Source: Eledone cirrhosa (taxonomy: Eukaryota). Taken from it: a stretch of 64,000 nucleotides of DNA. Where the stretch lies: contig OZ024742.1 of assembly GCA_964016885.1 (NCBI GenBank), positions 85,932,001 to 85,996,000 on the forward strand, written 5' to 3'. Position numbers and translations under genes: made by a program. Positions within the stretch are counted from its first letter, which is position 1, and the number at the start of each line of letters is the position of its first letter. Of this stretch, positions 39,601-52,900 are shown piece by piece. The notes below the pieces were generated by a model that ran no database searches, had not been told where the DNA came from, and saw nothing but the letters and a program-made list of their open reading frames with translations.

Positions 39601-40124
39601 AGAACATTTTCCTCTGTCTGGTGGCAGTTGCGAAACAGATTATATGGTGGACCAGGTTGAAAGGACTAAAGACAGACACTTTTCTCTTCGGCCAATCCCT
39701 CATCAACTTCTTCAAGTTTCACCTGGAATGGAGGGTGAGGGTGGAGAGAGAAGTGCTGCCCCCCAGTACATTTGCTAAAAGGTGGGTGAATGTTGCGAGA
39801 ATGGCTCGTGTGAATGGGCCTACTCTGACCATGCGCCTATAGGCTAGCTAACTTGAGGAGAGGGATGATCTCCCTGGGTGCCCTAGAAGCGCAGGGTGGT
39901 TCAGGATTGGTGGGGTACCCGAATCACCCCAGGGTCGTCCACCCCCTTTCGGGGAATTTATTTTGTTATATTTATGCATAGTTTATTTTATATTTTTATA
40001 TGTTCATTGTTAAATTAGTCTTGCCATTTTTGCACATTTACTCGACCTTATTGTAAACCCCCACTGTCCCTGTCTTTGTATTGTCCCCTACATGTAGGCC
40101 CTTGTGGATAATAAATGAAATCAG
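36680..40124 (+). mobile_element. L1-Tx1 copy 2, truncated within the AP endonuclease domain, diverged subfamily
   Basis: AVYAP, GDW, DRIF, SDH (APE); DQSKAFDRV, RQGDPLS, YADD (RT); CPRC...ETVLHALVQC knuckle; aataaa then (ATT)n. Confidence 0.94.
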
Positions 40125-40147
40125 TATTATTATTATTATTAGTAGTA

Positions 40148-40200
40148 GTACCTGTAATGCACTGGGTAATTGCTGGCCTTGTGCCTGAATTGGAAACAAT
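40148..40200 (+). mobile_element. SINE 3' fragment
   Basis: gtacctgtaatgcactgggtaattgctggccttgtgcctgaattggaaacaat then (TAT)n. Confidence 0.8.
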
Positions 40201-40212
40201 TATTATTATTAT

Positions 40213-43115
40213 TGTTCTCTGAGTTTCAATCATTGACGTTATTTAACTGGAAAGTTCGTTGAAATGAATATCAAGCCGCTCCCTGCAGCCTCAGATGTTC
40301 AGGACGTACCGGAGGGTTCTTGCTGTCCCCAGCAAGCAGGCCTTTTGAAGTGTTCCAAAAAGCGGTGCTGGACTAATTTTCTTTCACCATCGTTGGAAAC
40401 TCTTTGAGAGAGTTCCCGGTACGCCTATGACAATCGGCACTACTCCGATTTCATGGCAGTTCCAAATCCTTTTTGCCTCCCACTTTAAGTCCTGGTATCG
40501 GTTAATTTTCTCCTTCTCCTTTTCTTGACCTCTCGTGTCAACTGGACAGGCTACATCTACAATCAGACGGGATCATTTTCCTTGTCCAAAACCACCAGGT
40601 CACGCCTATTGTGTTCCAGTTTCTTATCCGTCTCTATCCTAAAATCCCATAGCACCTTCACCTGATCGTTTTCTGTCACCGACTCTGCCTTATGCTCATA
40701 CCACTTCTCAGAATGTCGTAAATTGTTTACTTTGCATAGGTACCAGTGGATAACCTTGTCCATCACATCATGTTTCCAGCCTTTATAATGAGTCTGGGCT
40801 AGGTGTTTACACTCGGATACAATGTGAGCCACAGTCTCCTCCCTCTCTCCACAGATCCTACACAGGGGGCTAGCCTGCTCCTTGTAAATATGGTGTTTTA
40901 CCCACTTCGTTTTGAGTGCCTGTTCTTGTGCAGCCATTAGCATTCCTTCTGTAGCCTTTGTAAGGTCTCCTCTTTTCAACCAGTTCCATGTCTGTGCATC
41001 TCTGAATTCAGTTTTCTCAAAGAAGGTACTATGAAGGGATTTTTCATGAAGGTTGCTCTTCCTCCTTGTTGCTATTTCCTCCTTGGACATCCGCTGGTCT
41101 ATTGTTCTCTCCTTCAGTACAATTGTGAGCATTAGCTCCCTACGGTCGGTCATGTATTCGTGTAGGTTGGTTTTCTCCATCTGAACACAGTCCTCTATGC
41201 TGATAAGACCTCTTCCACTGCAGTATAATGGTCAGGGGTATCAGGGCAAGGACACACACCAGAGGAGACAGACTATCTCCCTTGAAGATACCACTCTTGA
41301 TCTTCCCGCCTCCCAAGGATTCCACACCCGATGTTAATTCTGTTTCCCAGGACCTCATACTTTTGCTCAACAACTGTTTGATGTTATCTGCCACCTTGAA
41401 GATCTCTAGGCTTTTGGTTATCCTAGAATGAGGTACCATGTCGAATGCCTTTTTGTAGTCTATCCATCCCATGGCAAGACCGGTGTGTCTCCTCTTTCAA
41501 TTCCTCATTACCATTTTATCAATATGTAGCTGGTCTTTTGTACCACGGGAGTTCTTTCGGCATCCTTTCTGTTCATCCAGTAACAAGTTGTTTGTGTGTA
41601 GGTGATGGTAGATTTCCTCAGACACAATGCTTATTAAGAGTTTCCACATTACGGATAGACATGTGATAGGTCTACAGTTGGTATCATCATTACCCTTGGT
41701 TCGGTCTGTCATTATCAGAACTGTGGTAACTTTAGTTTTTTGGCCTGCCCTTTAAGAGTTTCAACTGTGATGCTTAAATCAGTTTGTTGGTGTGCTTGTT
41801 CACTAATCTTCTTTTGTACCGTCTCAATCCACACCGTCTGATTATTATTTTCAACATCCTGCTCCCATATTCCTCTCCAGAATGTCTTAGTCTGTTCCGC
41901 TTCAGGGATCAAGTCGTTGCATCTTTCTTTCCATTCAAGCTGCCCAAACAGCATCTTCTGGTTGTTGTCAAACATGTGTTCTGTCTATAATGACTGACTC
42001 TGCTCTCATACCGCCTAATTTTTGCACTCTTTGCTACAATGCGTTCCTTCAGTTCCTCTATGATAATATTTAGCTTTTTGTCCTGGTTTTGTACTTTATT
42101 TCCAGTCTATTTTTAATGTCTATGCTTTGTAGTGTCCCACTCAGTAGAGACTCAAGGTTTCCAATGTCATTTCTCATTTCCCTGATTTGACCATTCGGGC
42201 GTTTTTCCACCAAGGTTCTGATCTTTCTTGTTTGTTTTTTCCTCTCGTTTTTATGCCAAGTAATTTCCTCACCGCATTTGCTGTTGCTTTGAGGATATTG
42301 TTGCATTGGTTAAGGTTTCTCGCCTCAAGGTATGGGATGAATTTGTTTACCTTAGCTGTTGTTTCTTTTAACTTTTTTCCAGTTTACAAATCTTAGGTTC
42401 ATAGGTTTCCCACTATCGTTTTTCATTTCATCTACCATATAGTTTAGGATATCAACCAAATTTTGTCCTAGCCCGTCAGCATTCATTTCCTCAATGGCAG
42501 GATCTTTGTTTCAGGTGTTATTTATGTCAGCATTCAGATCATTGTCTGCTTCGGATGCTTCCTTCGGTCTCTCAACCTCTTCACCTTCATTTCCCACTGT
42601 CTCGATTGCCTGGCATACTCCACTATCCATTTCCAACCTAATCTCTCTGGTGAGTTCCTCCAGTTCCAGCTCGCTTATCCATCCATTAGTTCTTATTACC
42701 CGAGCCTGCCCGGCCAATATTTGTTCATCTAATTTAAATAGACCAATCTCGTTCCAGATGTTATGCATCCGTTTCCTATAGCCTTTTTCCTTGGGGTTAC
42801 TCTTCAGGTAACATAGCATAACAGTTCTATTCAATTCTTTCGTCTAGTTGGTTCTTGTCACTTTCCTTCTTCTTCTTCCTCCAACACCAGCAGTATTTGG
42901 ATGACAGCCACGTCCCTGCTGCTGGGCCAGGGAGCACAGGCTGAGTGAGAGTCTGTCGCAATACGTTCCTATCTCCTCTTCACCGTTATTCGAACTGTTT
43001 AGGTTCGACATTTAAACACTCATATCGAGGATTGGTGAATGTATGGTTACATAATCGCCGGTGATTTCATCACCTCCCGGTGATTTTAGCGTGGCACCAT
43101 CACGCTGTAGACGAA
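40213..43115 (-). mobile_element. R4/Dong family A, copy 3, 5'-complete with internal deletion in RT
   Basis: ATG at 43011, N-terminal NRTVMLCY...GYRKRMHNIW, EQKGC, WIDYKKAFDMVPH, GIFKGDSLSP, then a jump at about 41220 to the post-thumb region, CCHC knuckle and endonuclease. Confidence 0.93.
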
Positions 43116-43399
43116 CATAGATAAATAAACAAATAAATAGATAAAAACTTTAAAAAACAAACATAAGTTTCATTGTAATGTTTGAATGTCTGACTTAGTT
43201 TTTTTTTTATTGTTTTTTCCTTTGCGTTTTTCGTTTTTCAAGGCCAGTAAGATCAGTTACTAGTGTTTTTGTTGCTGCTGTGGATAAGGGAAGTAGGGGT
43301 TGTTGTGTTCAAAACATTTGAAAGTTGTGTTTGTTGTTGCGTTTGCTTCTGTCTGTGTTCTGTTCTATAATTTTTCGACTTGTTGCTTATCATTGTTAT

Positions 43400-43490
43400 T
43401 TTGCCTTTCATCCTTACGTGGCCGACAAAACAAAGCACCAGCAACACACCTGGACAATTGCTGGCCCCGTGCCGAAAGCAGAAACAATTA
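43400..43490 (+). mobile_element. SINE core and tail fragment with clustered T>C substitutions
   Basis: Aligns base by base to the other SINE copies, with 10 T>C changes between 43422 and 43479. Confidence 0.88.
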
Positions 43491-43499
43491 TTATTATTA

Positions 43500-44042
43500 A
43501 ATTAAAGTTTTGATTTGACATCGTTTAACCTAAGCATTTTCAGAGAGTTTAGAGATACTACAATAATAATTATTTAGGTGTTGTTGTTGGTGTTGTTGGT
43601 GTTTGACCGGGTCACTAACCCAGTCTATTTATATATTTTGATACCTTCCTCGCTTCTTTTCATGTGTAGCGGCACTACTACCATCCCTCTCTTAACAGGA
43701 GGTAGTGAGGAAATAGTGGTGGTAGCGATGATGCAGTGGTGGCGGTGATGATGGGATACCAGTACTATAGTGATGGTGGTTGTTTGTATTTGGCTAGATT
43801 TTTTTATGTTAGTGGTGATGGTGGCGGTGGCGGCGGTGGTGGTGTTGGTGGTGAAGTTATTTGGCTGTTCTTTTTTAGCCATTTCCCTTTCTGACTATAA
43901 CATTTCTGATACGAAATTAAATATTAAATATTGGACCCCTATGCCATAATGTGATGCGTTATCACTTCCTGAGTGTTAAGACTGATATCATATGTTCCAT
44001 TTGTAATAAGAATTATTCTATCACAATTGTTTTAAATATGAA
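43500..44042 (-). repeat. Unclassified repeat X, copy 2
   Basis: Homologous blocks and same terminus as 33100-33957; short Thr-rich ORF 43882-43625 on -; abuts (ATT)n at 44044-44097. Confidence 0.7.
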
Positions 44043-44043
44043 A

Positions 44044-44097
<54 letters not shown>

Positions 44098-44098
<1 letters not shown>

Positions 44099-47000
44099 GG
44101 AAATCGTATTATCGTGAGCTCCGCAAATGTTTGTTGTTTTCTGTTTTTTCAAATTGCCTGTTATGGAAAATGTTTGTTGTTAAGTGTTTATATGTTCACA
44201 TAGATTGCTTTCTGAAAAGGAGACAATAAAATATGGGGGCCTTGAGCCCAAAACTGAAACCTTTTATTTTTAAAACAAAATCTTTCTTTGAAAAAGAGAT
44301 GGACGACACATTTACTTTTTTAACAGACCGACTCCCCACTCCCCCACCACAACCAGCACCAACACCATTGTAAGCCTTGCCACGGTTGCCAACACTGAAA
44401 ATATAATTAATAGCAGTCTGAAGTATTAAGATTTGCCGCATCAAAACATGGATTTCCCGCCATTACCAATAACTGCAGGTATTAAAGCCGCCACCCGCAC
44501 CACCACGATGTCTAAAAGAACAAAGAACACCACTGATAACCCCACCACCACAACCACCACAGCGACAACACAAACCCAAAAGACAATTATAATCACGTGA
44601 TATCGACATCGATTCACCCAGAATCGACTGACACCACCACCACCTCCACCACAACTGAAACTAAAAATATAAGTAACAACAACAGCAACAACAACAATGA
44701 TAATAACAGCAACGACATAAACACCACCGCAAAACAAAATGTGTCGTTTGTCAAAGCAGCAAAAAAAGCGAAACAACCGATGTAAGCCAGGATGAATTAT
44801 ATGAAGGCAAGCGAATGGTAAAAAAAGATGTGTACAGAGTCAGCCCCCCCCCCTCTAACAAAATGGAGCATCGGCGCCTATGCACCGTGTCATATCGGAC
44901 GATAAACAGAACATCAAGCCGAGTGGAACGGACAACCGAGTCCCAAAGACAAGGAGTTTGGGACATGTGTGGGCGAAAAAAAACACATCAGACGTGGGTA
45001 GAAATATGGAACTGTGGACGTGTTCTTTGGAACGCCACAGGAAGCCAGAGAACACCGCATGGCCCCATTAAGAAGTGACGACTTCACACTCGTCCCCAGC
45101 TATTGTGGTCAGGGATTCGTCAAGATCAGGGTGACCCACGTTCCACCGGCCATCGAAATTCCCTGGCTAATGGCTGCCGTCCTCGCCGGCATCGAGGCCA
45201 ACACGAAAATAATCAAAGTAACAGAAGAAAAGTAGGAGAACTGGTCCGGATGTGGTATGGAGCTGCTGATCCAAGCGGACCCCAAAAAACATTGAGGAAA
45301 TTCCAGAGACGATAGACCTCACTGACGGCACTCACCTCACCGTAATCGTTGAGGGTAGAATGCCTAGGTTTGTAGTTTATGGTGAAAGAACCCATCTAAT
45401 TACTTTGTGCCCTCAGGCTAAAAGGTTAAGGCCACCACTCTTACGCACCCCAGTGACTCAACCATCAACACCACCAGCAGCAGAAATGGCAGCAACAACT
45501 GTAGCAGCAACAACAGAAGCAACTGTAGCAGCAACAACCACAGCAACAGTAGCAAAAACAACACCACCAACTACCACCGCGCCAGAACTAGCACCAGCAC
45601 CTCCACCATCCACCACGCCACAACCAAAATCAACGCCTCTGGAGGATTTTCCACTGACCGACCTATCGCAACTGGAGACAGATTGTGACGACGAGGAGTG
45701 GGAAACTATATCAAGAAAAAAGAAAAAGAACACAATAAAAGAAAGAAATCCACTTCTTTCCCTCTCCAAAAACAAAATACAGAGTGAAACAAATAAACTA
45801 ACAAACCAAAAAGTTAGGACAGCTATGCCACCTTCCACAGCAGCATCACCAACCCCATCACCACAAACACCAACACCATCAACATCATTAACCCCAACAC
45901 CATCATCACAAACACCACGAAAGTCACCAAAAAGCGAAACAGAAACAAACCCACAACAAACGCAAACAAAACAAAACAACATAAACGATACACACTACAC
46001 AGCATTACATTTGAACAACAACCAATTATTACACTACATCCAACACAACACCAGCATCACAGAAAAAGACTACACAACACCTGAAAAATTCACACCACCT
46101 CCAGACATAAAAATCACTCGCATCACACAGAAAACTTACACGACACTGAAACAAAAATGCCCCAAAGACATCGGAGACTTCCGACAAACACTCTCCAGGA
46201 GGATTTATAAGGACATCCTTCCGGAGGAGGCCACAATCAGTGAGAAGGATGGAAAAACCATCCTCCCTCTGCGAAGAGTGAGGTAAGTGTCTTTCCCATC
46301 ATATTTCACTCATTTTCAACATCACCGCACTCAGAATACGTATCATAAATGCGCGTGATTTGGGGTCGTCATGGAAGCAGGGCCACCTACTCAACGATCA
46401 CAGGTCACTAAACATAGATGTGGTGGCCATCAACGAGACCAGAATCTCCGAAGCAGGGGCCTTCGCACCGATCTTCGGCTGGTACGATATGTACACATCT
46501 CCCAACCGTCCTGGATCGGGGGGAGGTGTTGCTGTACTTTTTCGGAGAGGTGTGGATCTCGCCATACGGGCCATCTTCCTGGACCCAGAATGTAAATTGG
46601 TGTTTCTGGACGTGGCCAGCGGAAAGGGGCAAGCTTTCAGGCTAGTGGCCGTCTATGCCCCGACAGGAGCAGGGCGGCCTGATTTCTTCTGGCGTGTGGA
46701 GACCTTTCTTGGAACGTCCCGCTCTTTAGTGTTAGTGGGCGACTGGAACGGGATCTTAAATGCACGCTGGGACTGTGTGGGATTATCGGATAGGGGAGGA
46801 GGGTGCAAGAGCTTCACGAACCTGCTCAGGCGTTTTGAACTGTCTGACAGGTACCGATTGGATTTGCCGAATGTGTCCATTTGGATTTGGACAAACCGCA
46901 TCGGGTCATCCAGATCATATCTAGATAGAGTATTTTGTAGGGAAATAGATAGGTCTAGCATAGGCTGTCCACAATTCAAGATAGTCAGCTACACGGACAA

Positions 47001-49958
47001 AATAGGTGATATGTGTGGTTGACTTAGATATGCTTCATAGACAAGGACCCGGCTACTGGAAGCTAAACGCGTCATTAACAGCGCGCAAGGACTAGAGACC
47101 GGATTAGCGAACTAGTTAGGCGGGCATTGACGGGGGCTATCGTCAACGACAAATGGTGGTTTGCTGTGAAAAGAGCAATTAGAATAGAATCCATTAGGTT
47201 TAGTAAGGCTTTAGCAACAGAGAAAAATAGAGCAGAAGGAGAAAAAGTTAGAAAATTAGACGAGGCAATTAGACGTACTTGCGGCGAAATTGGCCGTGAC
47301 CAATTCTTCAATTCAAAGCACGAAGGATGCGTTGTTCAGAGCTAGGGTTCGTGTTCTCAGACACGAGGGGACGAAAGCCGTTCAATGGGCCCGAGTGGCG
47401 AAGGCGCGTCGTGGAAACAAAGCCACGATCCGGTCTTTGGTGGACCACGACGGGCACATGCTACTAGATCCCGGGTAAATCTGTGAAGAATTTCAGCGAC
47501 ACTTCGCTCAGCTGTTGGGGCAGCGGCAGGCCATATCGGGCGATAGGCTTTAGTGTCTACCTTGACGGACTGCCGCGGCTCTCGGCCACCGAGGCGGAAC
47601 GTTGCGAAAAGCCGATAACAGCTGTTGAAATATGGGAAGATATGACTGGCTGCAGAACCGGTACATCGCCTGCTTTGGATAATCTGTCCTATGAATTTTA
47701 CGTACATATGCCAGACTTGTTCGGAGGCCTATTGACGGACGTCTATGCAACTTGCTACAGAACGGGTGAATTGCCACCAGCTTTGTGAGCCGAGAAGCGG
47801 TGGCGCTGCTGAGAAAGGATCCGAACGGTTGGGGATAACATAGATAATTTCAAGCCCTTAACTCTGCTAAACACAGAGTTCAAGATTTTGGACAAGGTGC
47901 TAGCAAAGAGGTTGGCGCTTGTCGTTGGTGACCTGGTGGGATAGGCGTAGACATGCGTCATTCCCGACAGATCCATCTACGACACCTCCACCTCATGCGA
48001 TACATCATGGAGAGAGTAGCTAGGGAACCTGGCACCGGTGGGTCCTTGATCAATATAGATCAGTCGAAAGCTTTTGATAGGGTCTACCATCGTTATCTGG
48101 CGGAAGTCCTGAGAGCGGCTGCTGGCTTTGGGCCCGTCTTCAGAGGTTGGATCGCTGCCATGCACAGCTACATTTGCTCTGTGGTGAGCGTGAACGGTCA
48201 CCACAGAACGGAACCTTTCAAAACATGCGCTCTGTCCGCCAAGGATGTCTCCTCTCGTCCCTCTTGTACGTATTGACTTTCGAGCAATTACTGCACACAC
48301 TGGAGATGTTGAGGGGGCTCGCGTGTGAAATAGGATGCGGAAGATCCGTATCAGCATATCCGGAAGATGTGACCGTAGTGGTGTCGAACGCCAAACACAT
48401 CGAGGATATCGGCACTACACTAAGGGAATACGAAGCGGTGACAGGAGCAACGATCAACCAGGAAAAGTCGGCGGGCGGCAGCTCGGCACCTGGATAGGCA
48501 GGTCCATGCCGTCCAACAAAGTCGTCGGGCCCTGGTCGGACGGACCGGTTAAATTAATAGGGGACCGGTTCGGTTCGGACCTCCAGCCGGACAAACACTG
48601 GGACGAGATGACGAGCAGGGTGGCTTTCTCTACCCAGAAATGGGCAGTGAGGAAGTGGCTAATGCGTACATCTACTACCTCCTGACCGTCGTGCCCTGTC
48701 CTAAGCCGGAGTGTGTGCTCTTTCGCTTTTTGTGGAAGGGACGCGCTCCGATGGTCAGGCGGTCCATCTGCTGTCTACATCCGCTACGTGGAGGGTTTGG
48801 CATGCCCTGGCTGATGATGCGCAGACACGCGCTCAGGCTACGACATCTCCACATCTTCCTCGACGGTGATCAGGTGTGGTCGCTGTTTGCTAGACGTATC
48901 TTTCCCCAGTTCGTCTCCTTGACGGAGCTGCAGTCCTGGGTCAAGCGAAGACCGAGAGGGAGCGCTTCGAGACTGGAATGTCTTCAAGCGCTCACAGCCC
49001 TCGCCCAATCGGGCAACGGGATCCGTGGAATCTCCACCTTGGCGTTCTATAGAGGATTAGTGGAGAGGAAGAGCCACGACGTACTAGGGGAAACTCTAGG
49101 CCTCGACGAAAATCAACATGTCAATCAATTCGAAAGAACTTTTGGGCCGGGCCTATGGACAACTTCCAGAAATCCCTGGCCTTGTAGTGCTACCGAGGAT
49201 CTTTGCCAGTTCGGGATAAACTCTACAGGCATTGAGGTGCCGTCAGCCGGGCATGTCCGAGATGTGCGCTGGGCGACGAAACCGTCCTGCACGCACTCGT
49301 CCAGTGTCCGAGCATTGCTGACTTGTGGGTTTATGTCGAACACCTGCTGTCGCTTGTAGGACGGATCCAGCTATCAGCTGAGACCATCGTGAGTATTGCC
49401 TCGCCCTCTTCCTTTAGCCGGGAAGGGCAGGCAATTATTATCTGTCTGGTGGCAATGGCGGAAGTGATAGTATGGAGGACGCGTTTGAAAGGGCTGAAGA
49501 CGAGCACTTTCCTCTTCGGTGATGCCTGATTACCTTTTTCAAATTTCATTTAAAATGGAAAATCAGGGTAGAGAGGGAATTGCCCTCTTCCCAGCCTTTT
49601 GTTGAAAGATGGGTGAGAGAGGCAAGAATAGCCCGTGTGAATGGGCCTACTCTGAGTATGTGCCTGTAAATTGAAGGTGGAAAACGGGTAGAGGGCACTT
49701 GCCCTGGTGGTCAGGGTCACCGTGGCTTTGTTAATGGGCTTTCACTAATGTCTCTCGGAAGTCTCCCCCCTATTGGGGAATTTTTCATCGTTTCTTTTTT
49801 TGTTACATCGTCTGTTTTTTTTTTTGGTTTTTTTTGGTTTTTTTTTTTTTTGGGGGGGGGGGGGGTACACGCAAACATGCCCATTTATGCCATCCTGTAT
49901 TCTCCTGTACTGTCCTTAATGTTTATTTGTGTAAACCCTTGTGGTTAATAAAAAAAGC
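44098..49958 (+). mobile_element. L1-Tx1 copy 3, full length (5' UTR, ORF1 about 44299-46286, ORF2 about 46320-49668), many disruptions
   Basis: Thr/Pro-rich ORF1; APE motifs (VAINET, AVYAP, GDWN, YLDR); RT motifs; aataaa and (ATT)n; collinear with 55270-61102. Confidence 0.94.
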
Positions 49959-49977
49959 ATTATTATTATTATTATTA

Positions 49978-52900
49978 AATGCCATGTTTGACGGAGCCTC
50001 GGCTCTGTAAGGTATTGTAATTTTTAACCGTTATAACAAGTGTAAATTGTTTAAAACTTGAACCAAATTGTAGATGAAGACACCTTCCTCCTTTTGAGCG
50101 GCCTCTTTCTCCCCGTTATTTGGCCCTTCGGAGTTAAATAACCAGATATTAGGGATTTGTGCCCAATATTCATTTTAAATCTTAAAAAAAACATGGCTAC
50201 AAAAAATAATTTTTACAAGTCACTCCCACTCCTTCCGTCTTCTTCCCAAATCGTCATTACGCCAGAGAAAAGATTGTCTCTCTCCCTCACTTCTCTAAAT
50301 GTGGTGTCGCCTCTGTCGCCTCTTTTGCAAGCGACGCCATTAAAGAAAAAGAAAAAATGTAGTTTCTCGTAGCTTTCTTCAAGAGAACGCGCGTACCGTG
50401 GAACATTTCTCACGACGACGACAACAGCGGAAGATGTGTGCGGTAAATACGGAAAGCGATTTCATTTGTCTGACGTCATGAAGAATAGCAGCAGCAGCAG
50501 CAACAGTGGCGAGGAAAATACTAGTAGCAGCCGCAACATCAGCAGCAGCATAAAAAACAACAACAACAGCAGCAGCAACAGCAACACCAACAGCAGCAGC
50601 AGCAACAGCAGCAACAACAACAACAACAACAACTGCAACAGCAACAGCGGCAGCGGCGGTCGTAGTACCAGCAGCAACAAGAAAAGTAACAGCAGTTTTG
50701 ACGATAACAACAAGAAAGAAAAACCAATCTCGTTTGCAGGTATCGCAAAGAACCTGGAAACCATCCATATAACAAATGAGGAATTACAGGAAGCAAGGAA
50801 GATGGTGACAAAAAGAGGACACCGAGCAATCTGCAATACAGCCGAAGAATTTTTCGAAAACCCAACAGCCCTGTACGGTCACATACCGTACAGTAAGCAC
50901 AAAATCACGTAGGGTTGAAAGAGTCTCAGAGGCTCAAATACAAAAAGAAATATGCCACCGTGGCTCAAATACAAGAAGAAATATGCCATCGTGGGCGTGC
51001 TTTTTGCCACACCCCAGGAGGCAAAGGCTCAATCCTTAGTAACCCCGAGGAGCGAAGAAATGGTGTTGGTGCCCTCCTACTGCGGGCAAAAATTGTGAGG
51101 GTCAAACTGATACAAGTGTCCCCCGGGATGGGCCCGTATTGGCTGGCCGCGTCTGTCCTCGTCAGAATCGAGGACAAAACAACCGTAGTGCAAGTACAGA
51201 AAAAAGTACGAGAAGATTGGATCGGCGCCTCCATTGAGATGTTAATTCAAACCAACTAGGAGTGCATCGAAGCCATCCCGGATGTGATAGACTTCGATAA
51301 CGGCACTCAACTTCCCATAAGTGTTGAGGGAAAACGCCCGAAATGCTTTCGCTGTGGTTCGAAGACTCACCTAAGGGCCAATGAGAACAGCCTGAGAAAA
51401 GAGAAAACTCCCCTCCTTCCGAAACCGGATCCACTGCTACTATCAACAGGACAGGCAGCAAGCAGGAAGGATAGGTCCATGGCACCCATATCCACGCCAC
51501 GGATATCAAGAACAGCAGCAGCAGTGGAAGTATTAACAACAACAACAGTAATACCAACTGCAGCTGCAACAGAGACTCCACTGCAAACATCACCAACAAG
51601 AACAAATGTAGAGTGGAGCTGGTATCCCGCCCCGACATCACAGAATCGGACATGGAGTGTGATGTGGGAGAGGGATGGCAAAAGGTCGCAATAAGGCACA
51701 AACGCAGAAGCAGCGCATTGTCGCCTTTGAATAAAGAGGGAAGAAATGAAAAAAGGGTGAATGCTACTGCAAAGCGATTTACATCAGCAACACCACCAAC
51801 ATCATCACCACCCACACTAGCACTACCATCACCACCGGCGGCAACCCCACCGCCAACAGCAACAACACCACCACAGACACCAACATCGCACACACAGAAA
51901 AAGAAATGCACAGCAATAAATACACACAACAAGAAACTAATGACTTACATAATTGAACACAGTCATTTCACAGCACGACTACATAATACCAGCATCAATC
52001 AAAACACAAACGAACATAAGACTGCTAAGAATATCACAGAAATAATACACAAACATTAAAATGAAATTCACCAACGCACTTGGTGATTTCACAGACATAC
52101 GAGGGACACTCAAGCGGAGAGTATAATCGGATATACTCACGGAAGAGCCGACGACCAGCCGAAGGCACTATTCAATGGTTCCTTTACCAGACGATCAAAG
52201 TAAGTGATCCTTTCTCATTTGCCCCGTTACCTCACTCAACAGGAATGGAAGTGTAACCGTGCGTGGCTTGAGCTCGGTTTGGAAGCAGAGTCACTTACTT
52301 AACGACCTCAGGTCATTAAACATAGATGTGGTGGCCATCAGCGAAACAAGAAACTCCGAAACGGAAGCTTTCGCACAGATCTTCGACTGTTACGAGGTGT
52401 ACGCATCTCCGAGCCGTCCGGGAGCTGGCGGCGGAGTGGCTGTGTTGTTTCCATAAGGCTTTGGTATCGGCATACGGACCATCTTCCTGAACCCAGAAGG
52501 TAAGTCTGTGGTGCTGGAGGTAAGCGGCACCGAAGGCAACGATCTCAGGTTAGTAGCCGTCTATGCCCCGACAGGGATAGGACGGCCAGTTTTCTTTCGA
52601 CCTCTAGAGACCTTTCTTGGAACGTCCCGCTATTTAGTGTTAGTGGGCGACTGGAACGGTATCTTGGATGCACGCTGGGATTGTGTGGGGCTAGTGATAG
52701 GGGAGGACGGTTCAAGAGCCTCACCAACCTACTCAGACGTTTTGAACTCTCTGATAGGTATCGACTAGATCACCCTAATATTCCAATGTTGACATGGACA
52801 AACCGCATCACCTCATCCAGATCGTATCTCGATAGGGTATTCTGCAGAGAACTAGATAAGGCTAGTATAAGTTGTCCACATTTTAAAATAGTCGTCTACA

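Noticed and set aside
50379-50865. Poly-Cys, poly-Leu and poly-Ala ORFs on the - strand
   Set aside because: Antisense frames of the CAG/CAA tract in Tx1 ORF1
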